A stretch of DNA of 64,000 nucleotides, from assembly GCA_963754925.1 (NCBI GenBank), contig CAVWHX010000004.1:1376001-1440000 (forward strand), given 5' to 3'. Positions 38,631-48,251 of the stretch are shown here, in pieces. The notes under the pieces were generated by a model. The model made no database searches. It saw only the letters and a list, made by a program, of their open reading frames with translations, and had not been told where the DNA came from. The translations under genes and the position numbers were made by a program. Positions within the stretch are counted from its first letter, which is position 1, and each line of letters opens with the position of its first letter. This DNA is from an uncultured delta proteobacterium. GTDB taxonomy: Bacteria > Myxococcota > B64-G9.

Positions 38631-39392
38631 TTACCGCCGCAGAATGCTCCAGACGACGTGGTTGGCGGCAATCATGCCGAAAATGGCAGGCAGGTGGATC
38701 ATGCTGGGTAACGGTTGACGCAAACGGCCCCGTCGAAATACCTCTTCCTCCGGCGGTGGGCTGCCCTGGCGTTGTTTTTCTCGGCGCGCGGCTGGAGGAA
38801 CCTCGTCCGACCAAATGGCGGTCACCTTGCCCGCGATCTCGGTTTTATTGAGACGCTTGCGCAGGTTGCGGGCGAGGGGACAGCCGCGCGCTTCGAACAG
38901 ATCGGTACGATGCACGCGGGTAGGATCGGTGCGGCTGGCCGCTCCCATAGCGCTGACCACGGGGAGGCCGCGCCGAACGGCCTCCTCGATCAACGCTACC
39001 TTTGGGGTGAGGCTGTCGATAGCATCAACCACAAAATCGAGCTTACCTGCAAGCAGTCGTTCAGCCTCCTCGCGGCAAAAGAAAACCTTAAGACCCTCGA
39101 CCTGCACAGAGGGATTTATCTGGAGGACTCGTTCGGTGGCTACTGCGACCTTTGACCGGCCAAGAGTCGTGGCGAGTGCGAACAGCTGCCGATTAAGGTT
39201 ACTTGGTTTAATCTTGTCGAAATCAACCAACCGCAGCCATCCGATGCCCGAGCGCGCAAGACCCTCCACGGCAAACGAGCCGACCGCCCCGAGGCCGAAT
39301 ACGGTCACGCGGGCACGCGTCAGACGCGCCAGTCCTGTTTCGCCGATAAGAAGCGCCAACCGCTGAAAGGTTGATTGGTAAAAGTCGTTCAT
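38631..39392 (-). CDS. tcdA: tRNA threonylcarbamoyladenosine dehydratase (ThiF family)
   Basis: VFGLGAVGS, LVDFD...SNLNRQ, VVDAIDS, SAMGAA, CPLAR.LRKRL. Confidence 0.9.
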   Translation of the reverse strand: MNDFYQSTFQRLALLIGETGLARLTRARVTVFGLGAVGSFAVEGLARSGIGWLRLVDFDKIKPSNLNRQLFALATTLGRSKVAVATERVLQINPSVQVEGLKVFFCREEAERLLAGKLDFVVDAIDSLTPKVALIEEAVRRGLPVVSAMGAASRTDPTRVHRTDLFEARGCPLARNLRKRLNKTEIAGKVTAIWSDEVPPAARREKQRQGSPPPEEEVFRRGRLRQPLPSMIHLPAIFGMIAANHVVWSILRR

Positions 39393-40162
39393 GCTCGGGA
39401 ACTGTTGAAGAGTGAGCGAGCATTAATGGTGGTCTGCTCCGCTATATCCTCGAAGGAAACACCTTTGAGCTGGGCCACCGCTCGGCACACCTCGATCAGA
39501 TCGGCCGGCTCAACCTGGCCCTTGGGGCTATCGGCCGTACCGATGAAGGGTGCGTCGGTTTCAAGCACCAACCTATCGAGTGGCAACTGGGTCACCAGGT
39601 GGCGTACGCGCGTGGCTTTCGTCCGCGTTACGACACCGGCTACCCCAATGAAATATCCTGCCGCAATGAGCTGCCGCGCCACCTCGAGCGAACCAGCATA
39701 CGCATGAAGGACTCCGCTCGTCGGGTGCGGTTCGGTCTCGTTTAATATCTCAAGCAACCTTCCGAATGCTCCGCGGCAGTGGATTAAAACGGGCAGATTG
39801 TGCTCGGCGGCAAGCCCCAGTTGCAGGCGAAAGGCCAGCTCTTGCGGGTCGCGCGGCTGGTCGGCAGTGGAATCCAGACCGATTTCCCCGATTGCACACA
39901 CTGCACCTTCGTTAATAAGGGCACTCAAGCTTGCCACGTCAATGCCGGCCGCATCCACCGCATCGGGGTGATACCCAGCGGCCGCGTATACTCCTGGTTT
40001 GGTGCGGGCAAGCTCCACGGCAAAACGTGAACTCTCCCGATCGACGCCCGGCACCAATAACTCGCAGACAGAGGCGGCGTGCGCTCGGGTGAGAACATCA
40101 GTTAAGTCGTTAACCAGCGGTTGATTATAGAGATGGCAGTGAGTGTCGAATAGCGTTTGCAT
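39389..40162 (-). CDS. tatD: TatD-family hydrolase
   Basis: DTHCH, GYHP, IGEIGLD, IHCR, LETDAPF. Confidence 0.93.
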   Translation of the reverse strand: MQTLFDTHCHLYNQPLVNDLTDVLTRAHAASVCELLVPGVDRESSRFAVELARTKPGVYAAAGYHPDAVDAAGIDVASLSALINEGAVCAIGEIGLDSTADQPRDPQELAFRLQLGLAAEHNLPVLIHCRGAFGRLLEILNETEPHPTSGVLHAYAGSLEVARQLIAAGYFIGVAGVVTRTKATRVRHLVTQLPLDRLVLETDAPFIGTADSPKGQVEPADLIEVCRAVAQLKGVSFEDIAEQTTINARSLFNSSRA

Positions 40163-40166
40163 CTAT

Positions 40167-41546
40167 TTATTTTTCAGCTTCAATAACTTTCCACCATATT
40201 TCGCCGCCAACCACAGCGCCGAATCCGAGCTTATCGCCCGTGGTATCAAAACGCATGCCGCCAACCCAATCGAACGAAGAGCGTGTCGTGTTGCCGACGA
40301 CAACCGTAAAGCGGCCCTGGTGCATGGCGGCGTAAGCGAGGGTTCCCTTGTTGGAGAACAGCGGACGGCCGACTTTCTCAAAAAGCTCGCCACATTGTTC
40401 GTCTCGTACCATACCCCATTGGTCTCCGACTTGGGCGGCATACGCAATAGATTTCCCGTCCGCACTGAAAACGGGAAGATCGACCGCCGAAAAGGCCGTT
40501 TTTTTCTCTCCATCGAGAACAATATAGGCCTCCCCATCTTTCCAAGCAGCAAAGGCTAATCTTTTTCCATTGGAACTGAAGGTAAGCCAACGCGCCTGGT
40601 TATAACTTTTTTGAATTTTCCCATCTACAACAACCATGACCTCATCATTGTTATGAGCGATGTAGGCAATGGAACGGTCATTTCTCGGTCTAAAGATAGG
40701 GTTCTCGACAGCGGTGAAGGCCGGTCCGGCGTTTCCGTTTGTTATCACACGCCAACTATCGCCCTTTCGTGCGGCAAAACAAAACGACTTCCCCGAAGAA
40801 CTAAATGTCGGCCACAAGACCTCATCATATCGCTCTTCTCTTTCATCACCATTCACGACGACACTCCATTGACTGTTATAGCGGGCACTGTAGGCAAATA
40901 CACCGCCCGAGCCGAAGATCACCGGAGACACTTGTTCGTATTCGTGGCCGACCTGCCCGTCTATGACTACCTGCCATTTCAAGCCTTTTTGACCCGCGTA
41001 AGCAATATGGTTACCGTCCTCACTGATAACCACCCAATCGATTCTATTCCATGTTAACTTGCTGGACCCTATTATTTCAAAGGTCCATTCTTGAGCGGAG
41101 ACGTTGTTAGGGATGAAACGGATTCGATCCAGTCGTTCGATTTCCGGCACCGCAACCGTTGTTAACATGACAAAGCCGTTGTCAATCTCTTGCGCGGGAA
41201 AACGTTGCAAGCCATCGGGGCTATGCGCCTCGACGCTCCATTCGACAACGGAATGGTATGGGGTACGAATGTGCATGGTCCATGAGGTATGTGATCTTAT
41301 TTTGGGAAATAGAGTGGAACCGCCCATGTTGGTGTAGTTCGTAAACCATGGGTTGTCGTTGGTTGAGGTGAGCTTATTCGGATCAATCTCCATCGGCAGT
41401 GAATCAAGACGATGTTCTATGCCAAAATCGTCTTGTGCATAGGCACTGCCAACAAACGTGAACAACTCGACGACACACAACATCTTCAGACAAAAACGAG
41501 TTCTGAGAGGGTGCATACGGTCTACCTTAAATATTTTTACAACCAT
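40167..41546 (-). CDS. Secreted repeat protein, probable TolB/PD40-like beta-propeller
   Basis: Signal-like AYA-Q; about 7 repeats of P.FS.DGK..AY.A.....W.VV.DG; AT-richer than its neighbours. Confidence 0.75.
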   Translation of the reverse strand: MVVKIFKVDRMHPLRTRFCLKMLCVVELFTFVGSAYAQDDFGIEHRLDSLPMEIDPNKLTSTNDNPWFTNYTNMGGSTLFPKIRSHTSWTMHIRTPYHSVVEWSVEAHSPDGLQRFPAQEIDNGFVMLTTVAVPEIERLDRIRFIPNNVSAQEWTFEIIGSSKLTWNRIDWVVISEDGNHIAYAGQKGLKWQVVIDGQVGHEYEQVSPVIFGSGGVFAYSARYNSQWSVVVNGDEREERYDEVLWPTFSSSGKSFCFAARKGDSWRVITNGNAGPAFTAVENPIFRPRNDRSIAYIAHNNDEVMVVVDGKIQKSYNQARWLTFSSNGKRLAFAAWKDGEAYIVLDGEKKTAFSAVDLPVFSADGKSIAYAAQVGDQWGMVRDEQCGELFEKVGRPLFSNKGTLAYAAMHQGRFTVVVGNTTRSSFDWVGGMRFDTTGDKLGFGAVVGGEIWWKVIEAEK

Positions 41547-41724
41547 AGCGTCTCAAAGAGACTACACCCGATTCGAGACTTCGCTCGAATCGAGTGCGTG
41601 ACCGGGTTTACGGTCCTTTGCGCCATGCCAAATTTCGAACAACGTGTTGTTGTTCCCGTGCCACAAAGAGACTATCGTATTGAATCGATCGATTCAATAA
41701 AATCGCCGCTCGGCCTGAAATCTA

Positions 41725-41935
41725 ATCCCCTTCGGGGATGTAGAAATTCATGCTGAGCGCAGCGAAGCCAGAATTTCTTATCCCCTTCGGGGATAAGAGG
41801 CTGTCCACAGGATAAGAGGCTGTCCACAGGATAAGAGGCTGTAACTCCCTTCGGTCGTAACAGCCTCTAATAACGCTCACTTCGTTCGCTAACAGCCTCT
41901 AATAACGCTCGCTGCGCTCGCTAACAGCCTCTAAT
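41725..41935. repeat. Family A cluster: one minus-strand copy plus three nested plus-strand copies
   Basis: Three left arms GGATAAGAGGCTGT ending at 41804, 41823, 41842, followed by three right arms AAC...TAACAGCCTCTAAT ending at 41871, 41903, 41935; minus copy 41741-41794 shares the 5' hairpin. Confidence 0.92.
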
Positions 41936-41994
41936 TGATTGACATCGATACTCGGTAGTGTTACCGCTCTGACATAATTCGGGAAGGAGATACT

Positions 41995-42984
41995 ATGATT
42001 ATGTATCGAGTTGGAACGACCATCGGTATGCTTGTTGCGTTGGTAGCATACCTGCCTGCGGCACGAGCAGATCAGTCCAACGCTTCAGAGAGCACCGGAA
42101 AACAGGAACCCGCGGCTGCCCAGCCAGCCCCTCCGCCAGCGAACAAGGAATCGAAGATAACGGCGCTTGAAGTCACGATCAAGGTCTTAAGCCGTGGCGC
42201 TGATCCGAAAAAAGCGCTTCGGTATAAATTTACACAGGGCAAAAAAAGCACCATGGTCATAGAAATGAAAATGGCCATGACCATAGAAATGGGGGGCATC
42301 AAACAACCAGAAATGATCATGCCTGTCGTTCGCACCACTACCATGGTTGAAAACAAAGACGTTAGCCCCGATGGAACACTGCGGTATGAGTTTAAGTTGA
42401 CGGCGGCCGAAGTTCTTCCCGATCCAAAGGCCATGCCCCAAGTGGTAAGCGCCATGGATGGCGAAATGAAAAAGCTTATCGGGCTTAGCGGCTATGTGGT
42501 GATTACCAATCGGGGTATCATCAAGGATACCTCCGTAACGATCCCCTCTGTTGCCGGCCAGCAAGTAGAACAACTAGTCAACGTTATTCGCCAACTGTCG
42601 ATACCATTTCCCGAGGAGGCGGTAGGCAAAGGTGCCAAGTGGGAAGTGCGCATGCCGGTCAACATGTGGTCGCTTAACTCAAGCCAAGTGGTAACCTATT
42701 CAATCGAGGAGCTTAAGGGTGACGCGGGAAAATTCGCGGTTGCGTTAGAGTTGATCGCCCCGTCGCAGAAAATTGAAAGTCCTAACATAACGCCAGGAAC
42801 CGAAATGTATTTGGAGTCTTTGAAGTCATCCGGTTCCGGGACCGTGAATTTTAATTTGACGCGGTTGGTGCCTATCTCCGTTACGAAAATCACCACCTCG
42901 ATGAGCATGAACATCTCGACCGCCGGAGCGCAGCAAAACATTAAGAGCAGCATGGATATGGACATGAACCTAGCACCAAAGTAA
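41995..42984 (+). CDS. Secreted beta-rich hypothetical protein
   Basis: Signal peptide (ARA-D), LRYKF...G and PFPEEAVGKGAKW motifs; RBS AAGGAG. Confidence 0.8.
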   Translation: MIMYRVGTTIGMLVALVAYLPAARADQSNASESTGKQEPAAAQPAPPPANKESKITALEVTIKVLSRGADPKKALRYKFTQGKKSTMVIEMKMAMTIEMGGIKQPEMIMPVVRTTTMVENKDVSPDGTLRYEFKLTAAEVLPDPKAMPQVVSAMDGEMKKLIGLSGYVVITNRGIIKDTSVTIPSVAGQQVEQLVNVIRQLSIPFPEEAVGKGAKWEVRMPVNMWSLNSSQVVTYSIEELKGDAGKFAVALELIAPSQKIESPNITPGTEMYLESLKSSGSGTVNFNLTRLVPISVTKITTSMSMNISTAGAQQNIKSSMDMDMNLAPK

Positions 42985-43086
42985 TTGTCCAAGCCGTTAT
43001 CCGGCAGTTCCTATCAAAACAGCGCAGCATAAACCGAGCAGTAAAATCGAACCCCGCTTTCGCAGGGATGAGGTGTTCGGCTACGA

Positions 43087-43794
43087 CTAGATGAAAGTGA
43101 CTAACGATGGATCGTTATGTATCTCGAGGTGGGCAATTGAATTATAGGTTGATAGGCTCAATCGTTGGTCATCATATAAAAATGTTGAAACCGCAGTATT
43201 GTGAATATGGCGGGGTAACTGCATGGCATATCGGTCCTCGAGGGAAAGGGCGATTTGCATGGCTGCCGCAATCGGACCTCCGGAGGTAAAGACCGCAACG
43301 CGCTTGCCAGAACCATTTTCCATGCGTATTCGATCAATGCCGGCTTTCACCCTCGTGTTTATATCTTTCCACGATTCAAGGGAATTACCTGAAGATTTAT
43401 TCTGAGCCCACCGCTGCATAACCTGGCTATATACGTTCTTGAAAGCGTAGGGATCCGTATTGATCGATTCCACTGCCTTGGACAGAGCGGGATCTTCAGC
43501 GGCCAGCTCGGCGACCAGTTTCATAAGGTCGGAAAAGGTGTCAAACTCGTTGAACTCGTCGAGAATGATCGGCGTCTCGATCAGGTGATTGCGTGGCAGT
43601 CGCGCTATCACCGCCCGGAACGTGGCGATCTGCCGATCGAAGGATCCGCTGTAGAAGGTATCGAACGTGACACCGGTGCGTGTGAAATAGTCGCCGAGGA
43701 GTTCTGCCTGGCGGACTCCAAGGACGGAAAGGCAATCATAGTTTTCTTTCCCAAAAGAAGCTTGGCCGTGCCGTATGATGTAAATGATGCTCAT
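43087..43794 (-). CDS. Histidine phosphatase (phosphoglycerate mutase) family protein
   Basis: IIRHGQASFG, RQ..T, NEFD, VFTSGG, YNSIAHL. Confidence 0.9.
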   Translation of the reverse strand: MSIIYIIRHGQASFGKENYDCLSVLGVRQAELLGDYFTRTGVTFDTFYSGSFDRQIATFRAVIARLPRNHLIETPIILDEFNEFDTFSDLMKLVAELAAEDPALSKAVESINTDPYAFKNVYSQVMQRWAQNKSSGNSLESWKDINTRVKAGIDRIRMENGSGKRVAVFTSGGPIAAAMQIALSLEDRYAMQLPRHIHNTAVSTFLYDDQRLSLSTYNSIAHLEIHNDPSLVTFI

Positions 43795-44207
43795 GTGAGT
43801 TTCTTGCCAGTCGTTGTGGCCGATAGTTTGCCGTGTTTAACGCCGCGTGTTCCGATGAGCGTATCCGCGATGTGTTGCACCTGCGTGGAGGTACCCTTGA
43901 CCGCAATTACCTCGAGGCAATTGTCATGGTCAAGATGGACATGCATGCTGGAGAGTATTGACTCGTGAAAATCATGTTGGATGTTCGTCAATCGATCGGT
44001 GAGCTCGCGCTTATGGTGATCGTACACAATGGTGACGGTTCCCACGATCTCGTCGTTGCCTTCCCACTCCTCGCGAACCAGGGCCTCACGGATAATGTCT
44101 CGCAACGCTTCAGAGCGGTTTTGGTATCTGTGTTTTTTGATCATCCGCGAGAAACGCTCGAAGAGCTCTGTATCTATCGACGCGCTGAATCGAGTTGTTG
44201 CTGTCAT
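43791..44207 (-). CDS. nikR: Nickel-responsive regulator NikR
   Basis: RFSASID ribbon-helix-helix, NRSEALRDIIR, YDHH, QH, HVHLDHDNCLEV. Confidence 0.96.
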   Translation of the reverse strand: MTATTRFSASIDTELFERFSRMIKKHRYQNRSEALRDIIREALVREEWEGNDEIVGTVTIVYDHHKRELTDRLTNIQHDFHESILSSMHVHLDHDNCLEVIAVKGTSTQVQHIADTLIGTRGVKHGKLSATTTGKKLT

Positions 44208-44303
44208 CTTAAACGTCCTTTCTTTCTGCTCCCATCCCTTAGATTCCCCTATACCATTTTTCCCCTGAATCCTCTCTTCGGAGTATGTTTGCTGTTGTCG
44301 GTT

Positions 44304-44711
44304 TCATTTCGCGCCAGCTTTACGCAGCAATTCGGCGATCTCCGTATGGCCCCTTTTTTCTGCAACCCTGAGTGGAGTCAAACCCTGCGCATCGACATTG
44401 AGGTTCGCACCTTTATCTAACAGCATCTTCAGCACTTCAAGATGACCGTTCTGCGCGGCTATCCAAAGCGGTGTGGCACCGTTGTCTTTCCTGGCATTAA
44501 CCATGGCAGGGTCAGCCGAGATCAGGGCGCGGACTTTTTCGAGATCACCCAGTCCCGCAGCTTCGTGAATCGAGGTAGTTGCACAACCCGCCAAGCATAG
44601 GATTGCGAGGAATGAAAATGAAATGTTCCTACTGATCAATAGGAGACCAGATGGCACTGACCGAGGGTTCTGTTTGAATTTTTCGCACAATTGCCGGGCC
44701 TGCTTGTTCAT
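44304..44711 (-). CDS. Ankyrin-repeat lipoprotein
   Basis: LAGC lipobox; IHEAAGLGD, GATPLWIAAQNGH, GLTPL; start uncertain. Confidence 0.8.
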   Translation of the reverse strand: MNKQARQLCEKFKQNPRSVPSGLLLISRNISFSFLAILCLAGCATTSIHEAAGLGDLEKVRALISADPAMVNARKDNGATPLWIAAQNGHLEVLKMLLDKGANLNVDAQGLTPLRVAEKRGHTEIAELLRKAGAK

Positions 44712-44966
44712 GGCTTTTGATCCTTTGAAGCTGTCGTAACCATTTTTTGTACCCATCAGACCTACAACAAAGTTACGCACAGGCGAAATAAAAAACACTG
44801 GCTTTCGACTTAACCCTCCACGGATGTTTAAACAGCACTTTTGTTTGAATCTGCTACTATCCAGACTGGCATGCGATGTTCTTTACCAATTTTCTGTCAA
44901 AATCAAGATGATTGGCCAAAATACGCTCTTGACAGCACCCCATACTAACAGGATACCTATGCGCCC

Positions 44967-46763
44967 ATGGTACAGATTCGAAATTTCAGCATCGTCGCCC
45001 ACATCGATCACGGCAAGTCCACCTTGGCGGATCGCTTGATCCAACGCGCTGGGCTTGTCGCCGATCGCGACTTCCGCGACCAGATTCTCGACAATATGGA
45101 TCTCGAACGGGAACGGGGAATCACAATTAAAAGTCAAGCCGTTACCTTGCCGTATACCAACCAGCAAGGCGAGGAATTCGCCCTCAACCTCATCGATACT
45201 CCTGGTCACGTGGACTTCACCTATGAAGTTTCCCGGGCATTGGCAGCCTGCGAGGGCGTATTGCTTCTGATAGACGCCTCCCAGGGGGTCGAAGCGCAAA
45301 CGCTCGCCCATCTGTACTCAGCCATGGAACACAACCTCGCCATCGTGCCGGTGATCAACAAGATCGATTTGCCCTCGGCCGACATCGAGCGCACCAAGGA
45401 GCAGATAGAGGTGGATCTCGGTCTTGACGCCGAGCACGCCGTGCAGGTCTCGGCCAAGGAAGGCACCGGCGTTGAAACGCTCCTCGAGGCCATCACCACC
45501 GGGATCCCACCGCCGCGCGGTGACCCCGAGTCGCCTCTCCAAGCGCTCATATTTGACGCCCAGTACGACTCATTTCGCGGTACAATTGTCTCCTGCCGCC
45601 TGTTCGAAGGCACCGTGCGTCCGGGCGATACCATCCGCATGATGTCAAGCGGCGCCGCTTTTAAAGTCGAAGAGGTCGGTCTCTTTCGATTACATCGTGA
45701 AATACGCAAGGAGTTACATGCCGGCGAGGTCGGCTATCTCATTGCCGGGATCCGCACTGTCCGCGACACGCGGGTCGGAGACACCATTACCCTGGATACC
45801 AATCCGGCGGCGGAGGCGCTGCCGGGCCTGCGCGACATCAAACCCGTGGTGTTTTCTTCGCTGTATCCGATTTCCTCGAACGATTATCCAAGCTTGGCCG
45901 ATGCGCTGGAGAAGCTCAAGCTCAATGACGCATCGCTCGGGTTCCAAAAAGACAGCTCGGCCGCCCTCGGCCAGGGGTTTCGCTGCGGCTTCCTGGGCTT
46001 GCTGCACCTTGAGATAGTCCAGGAACGGCTTGAACGCGAGTACAACCAATCGCTCATCGTTACCGTGCCGAGTGTTCAATATCGTTACACCCTCAAGAAC
46101 GGTGAGGTGCTGACGGTTGATAATCCTACCTACTACCCTGATCCGACCACGATAGAAAAAGCCGAAGAGCCGTACATCAAGGCCAGCATTCTGTTTCCCG
46201 ATCGCTATATGGGCGCGGTGATGAACCTATGCCTCGATCGGCGCGGGGTTAATTCAAGCTTTCAGTACCCCACCCCTGGCCGGATCGAATTCACCATCGA
46301 AATGCCGCTCGCCGAAGTGATCTACGATTTCTACGATCGGCTCAAGAGCGTCACCCAGGGGTACGGTTCGTTTGACTACGAGCTCATCGGCTACCGTGAA
46401 TCAGACCTGGTCAAGCTCGACATCCTGGTCAACGGTGAAAAGGTCGACGCCCTCTCGATTATGCTACATAAGGAGCGCGCACGTTCGCGCGCGGTACAGA
46501 TCTGCGATCGGCTGAGAAATGAGATTCCGCGCCAGCAGTTCAAGATTGCCATCCAAGGCGCCATCGGCGGGACCATCATCGCACGCTCGACCGTCTCTCC
46601 GTACCGCAAGGATGTCACCGCCAAATGTTACGGCGGCGACGTCACCCGCAAGCGCAAGCTGCTCGAGAAACAAAAAGAGGGCAAGAAGCGCATGAAAATG
46701 GTGGGGCAGGTCGAGATTCCGCAGAGCGCCTTCGTGGCGGTTCTGAGGACCGATGATGATTGA
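44967..46763 (+). CDS. lepA: Elongation factor 4
   Basis: [64 protein letters not shown]. Confidence 0.98.
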   Translation: MVQIRNFSIVAHIDHGKSTLADRLIQRAGLVADRDFRDQILDNMDLERERGITIKSQAVTLPYTNQQGEEFALNLIDTPGHVDFTYEVSRALAACEGVLLLIDASQGVEAQTLAHLYSAMEHNLAIVPVINKIDLPSADIERTKEQIEVDLGLDAEHAVQVSAKEGTGVETLLEAITTGIPPPRGDPESPLQALIFDAQYDSFRGTIVSCRLFEGTVRPGDTIRMMSSGAAFKVEEVGLFRLHREIRKELHAGEVGYLIAGIRTVRDTRVGDTITLDTNPAAEALPGLRDIKPVVFSSLYPISSNDYPSLADALEKLKLNDASLGFQKDSSAALGQGFRCGFLGLLHLEIVQERLEREYNQSLIVTVPSVQYRYTLKNGEVLTVDNPTYYPDPTTIEKAEEPYIKASILFPDRYMGAVMNLCLDRRGVNSSFQYPTPGRIEFTIEMPLAEVIYDFYDRLKSVTQGYGSFDYELIGYRESDLVKLDILVNGEKVDALSIMLHKERARSRAVQICDRLRNEIPRQQFKIAIQGAIGGTIIARSTVSPYRKDVTAKCYGGDVTRKRKLLEKQKEGKKRMKMVGQVEIPQSAFVAVLRTDDD

Positions 46764-46816
46764 GTTTCGATCTATAGGTCTTTCCTAACGAAGTAATGGT
46801 ACAATTATTGCGGTTA

Positions 46817-46946
46817 CTGGATCCCCGTTTTAGAGACTGTTACGACCGAAGGGAGTTATCAGAGCTTGTTGACGAACGAAGTGAGTCTTACAAGCTCTTA
46901 TCCTCTGGACAGTCTCTTATCCCTTGAGGGGTTCACGGGGATGACG
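46817..46946. repeat. Family C palindrome split by two nested family A elements (outer 46831-46931, inner 46858-46908, minus strand)
   Basis: CTGGATCCCCGTTT[...]TTCACGGGGATGACG; outer stem AGAGACTGT/ACAGTCTCT, inner stem AGAGCTTGT/ACAAGCTCT. Confidence 0.9.
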
Positions 46947-46975
46947 AAAATGACCCGTGGTATACAGTTCTGAAT

Positions 46976-47032
46976 GTCATTCCCGCGCAGGCGGGAATCC
47001 AGATTGTAGGGGCGCGATTAATAGCGCCCTTG
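46976..47032. repeat. Family C palindrome followed by a GTAG-type REP-like palindrome
   Basis: GTCATTCCCGCGCAGGCGGGAATCCAG then GTAGGGGCGCGATTAATAGCGCCCTTG. Confidence 0.8.
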
Positions 47033-47046
47033 CCGATACCTAGCAC

Positions 47047-48154
47047 ATGATTACACCGGGCCTTTATATTCACGTTCCCTTCTGCCTCTCGAAGTGCCCC
47101 TACTGCGGATTTGCTTCGGAAGTGGGTCGAACCGGGGTGCCGAGCTATCTGGCGGCGCTTGCACAAGAAGCAAGCGCCTATCGCGATCAGTTTCCGCGTT
47201 TTTGACACCCTGTACCTCGGCGGAGGCACTCCGAGCGTTTTGACTTCGGACGAGCTCGGACAGATCATAACGATAGCGCACCATGAATTCGAGATTGCAC
47301 GGGACGCCGAAATCTCCGTTGAAGTCAACCCCGGCGACATTGCAGAAGCCTGGTTAGCGGCCGCACGCTCGTGGGGGGCAAATCGGATCAGTCTCGGAGT
47401 TCAATCTTTTAATGAACAAGAACTGCTCCTGCTCGGGCGGCGGCACGACGTTGCGCAAGCCGAGACGGCCGTTCACACGGTCCGCGCGGTCGGTTTTGAC
47501 AATCTCAGCATCGATCTGATTTTCGGCCTTCCGGGTCAAGAGATTTCGGATCTTGAGCGCAGCATCCACCGGGCCCTTGAGTATGGACCCGAGCATCTGT
47601 CGTGTTACCAGCTCACCGTGGAGCCGGGCACCGTGTTGTCGCGCCGCGTAGCCGCGCATGAGCTTCGGTTGCCTGATGAAGAGCAACAGGCCGAGATGTT
47701 CCTATGGTTGGATCAGATGCTAACAGAGGCTGGCTATCTGCATTACGAGGTCTCAAACTATTCCAGAGGCGGCACGTACCGCTCGCGGCATAACAGCAAG
47801 TACTGGGTCCATACGCCCTACCTGGGGCTTGGGCCTGCCGCGCACTCATTGCTGGGAACGAAACGCTGGTGGAATCATAATACCGTCGCTCAATATTGTG
47901 CGGCATTCTCTCACGACAGCTTGCCGCTTGCCGGCAACGAGGATCTCACCCCTGTGCAAGAACGGTTGGAGACTATCATGCTTGGTCTACGCACCTGCGA
48001 AGGAGTGGCGCTTACGCTCTTCAAAGAATCCCAGGTGTTGGCGACGATAAAAAAATTGCAGCAAAAGGGGTGGCTCTCTCTTACTCAAGATAGGGTGATT
48101 CCGACAGCTACCGGCTTGCTTCACGCCGATGGGATAGTGCGGCTATTGGCTTAA
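47047..48154 (+). CDS. hemW: Radical SAM heme chaperone HemW (HemN-like), +1 frameshift in T-run ~47199-47203
   Basis: [18 protein letters not shown] in the upstream frame; [34 protein letters not shown] downstream. Confidence 0.92.
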
Positions 48155-48161
48155 TCTCTAG

Positions 48162-48213
48162 CCCCTAAAGGGACAAGAGATTGTACGCCTCGCTACGCTC
48201 GCTACAATCTCTA
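48162..48213 (+). repeat. Family A element, single copy
   Basis: CCCCTAAAGGGACAAGAGATTGT-ACGCCTCGCTACGCTCGCT-ACAATCTCTA; AATCTCTAG occurs both just before it and at its end. Confidence 0.85.
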
Positions 48214-48251
48214 GCATCGACAAAATTTGTATGGTGTATGATAGGGTTCCT

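Noticed and set aside
41781..41935. CRISPR array or simple VNTR
   Set aside because: Units are ordered L-L-L-R-R-R, the intervening parts are related hairpins rather than unique spacers, and no cas genes are present
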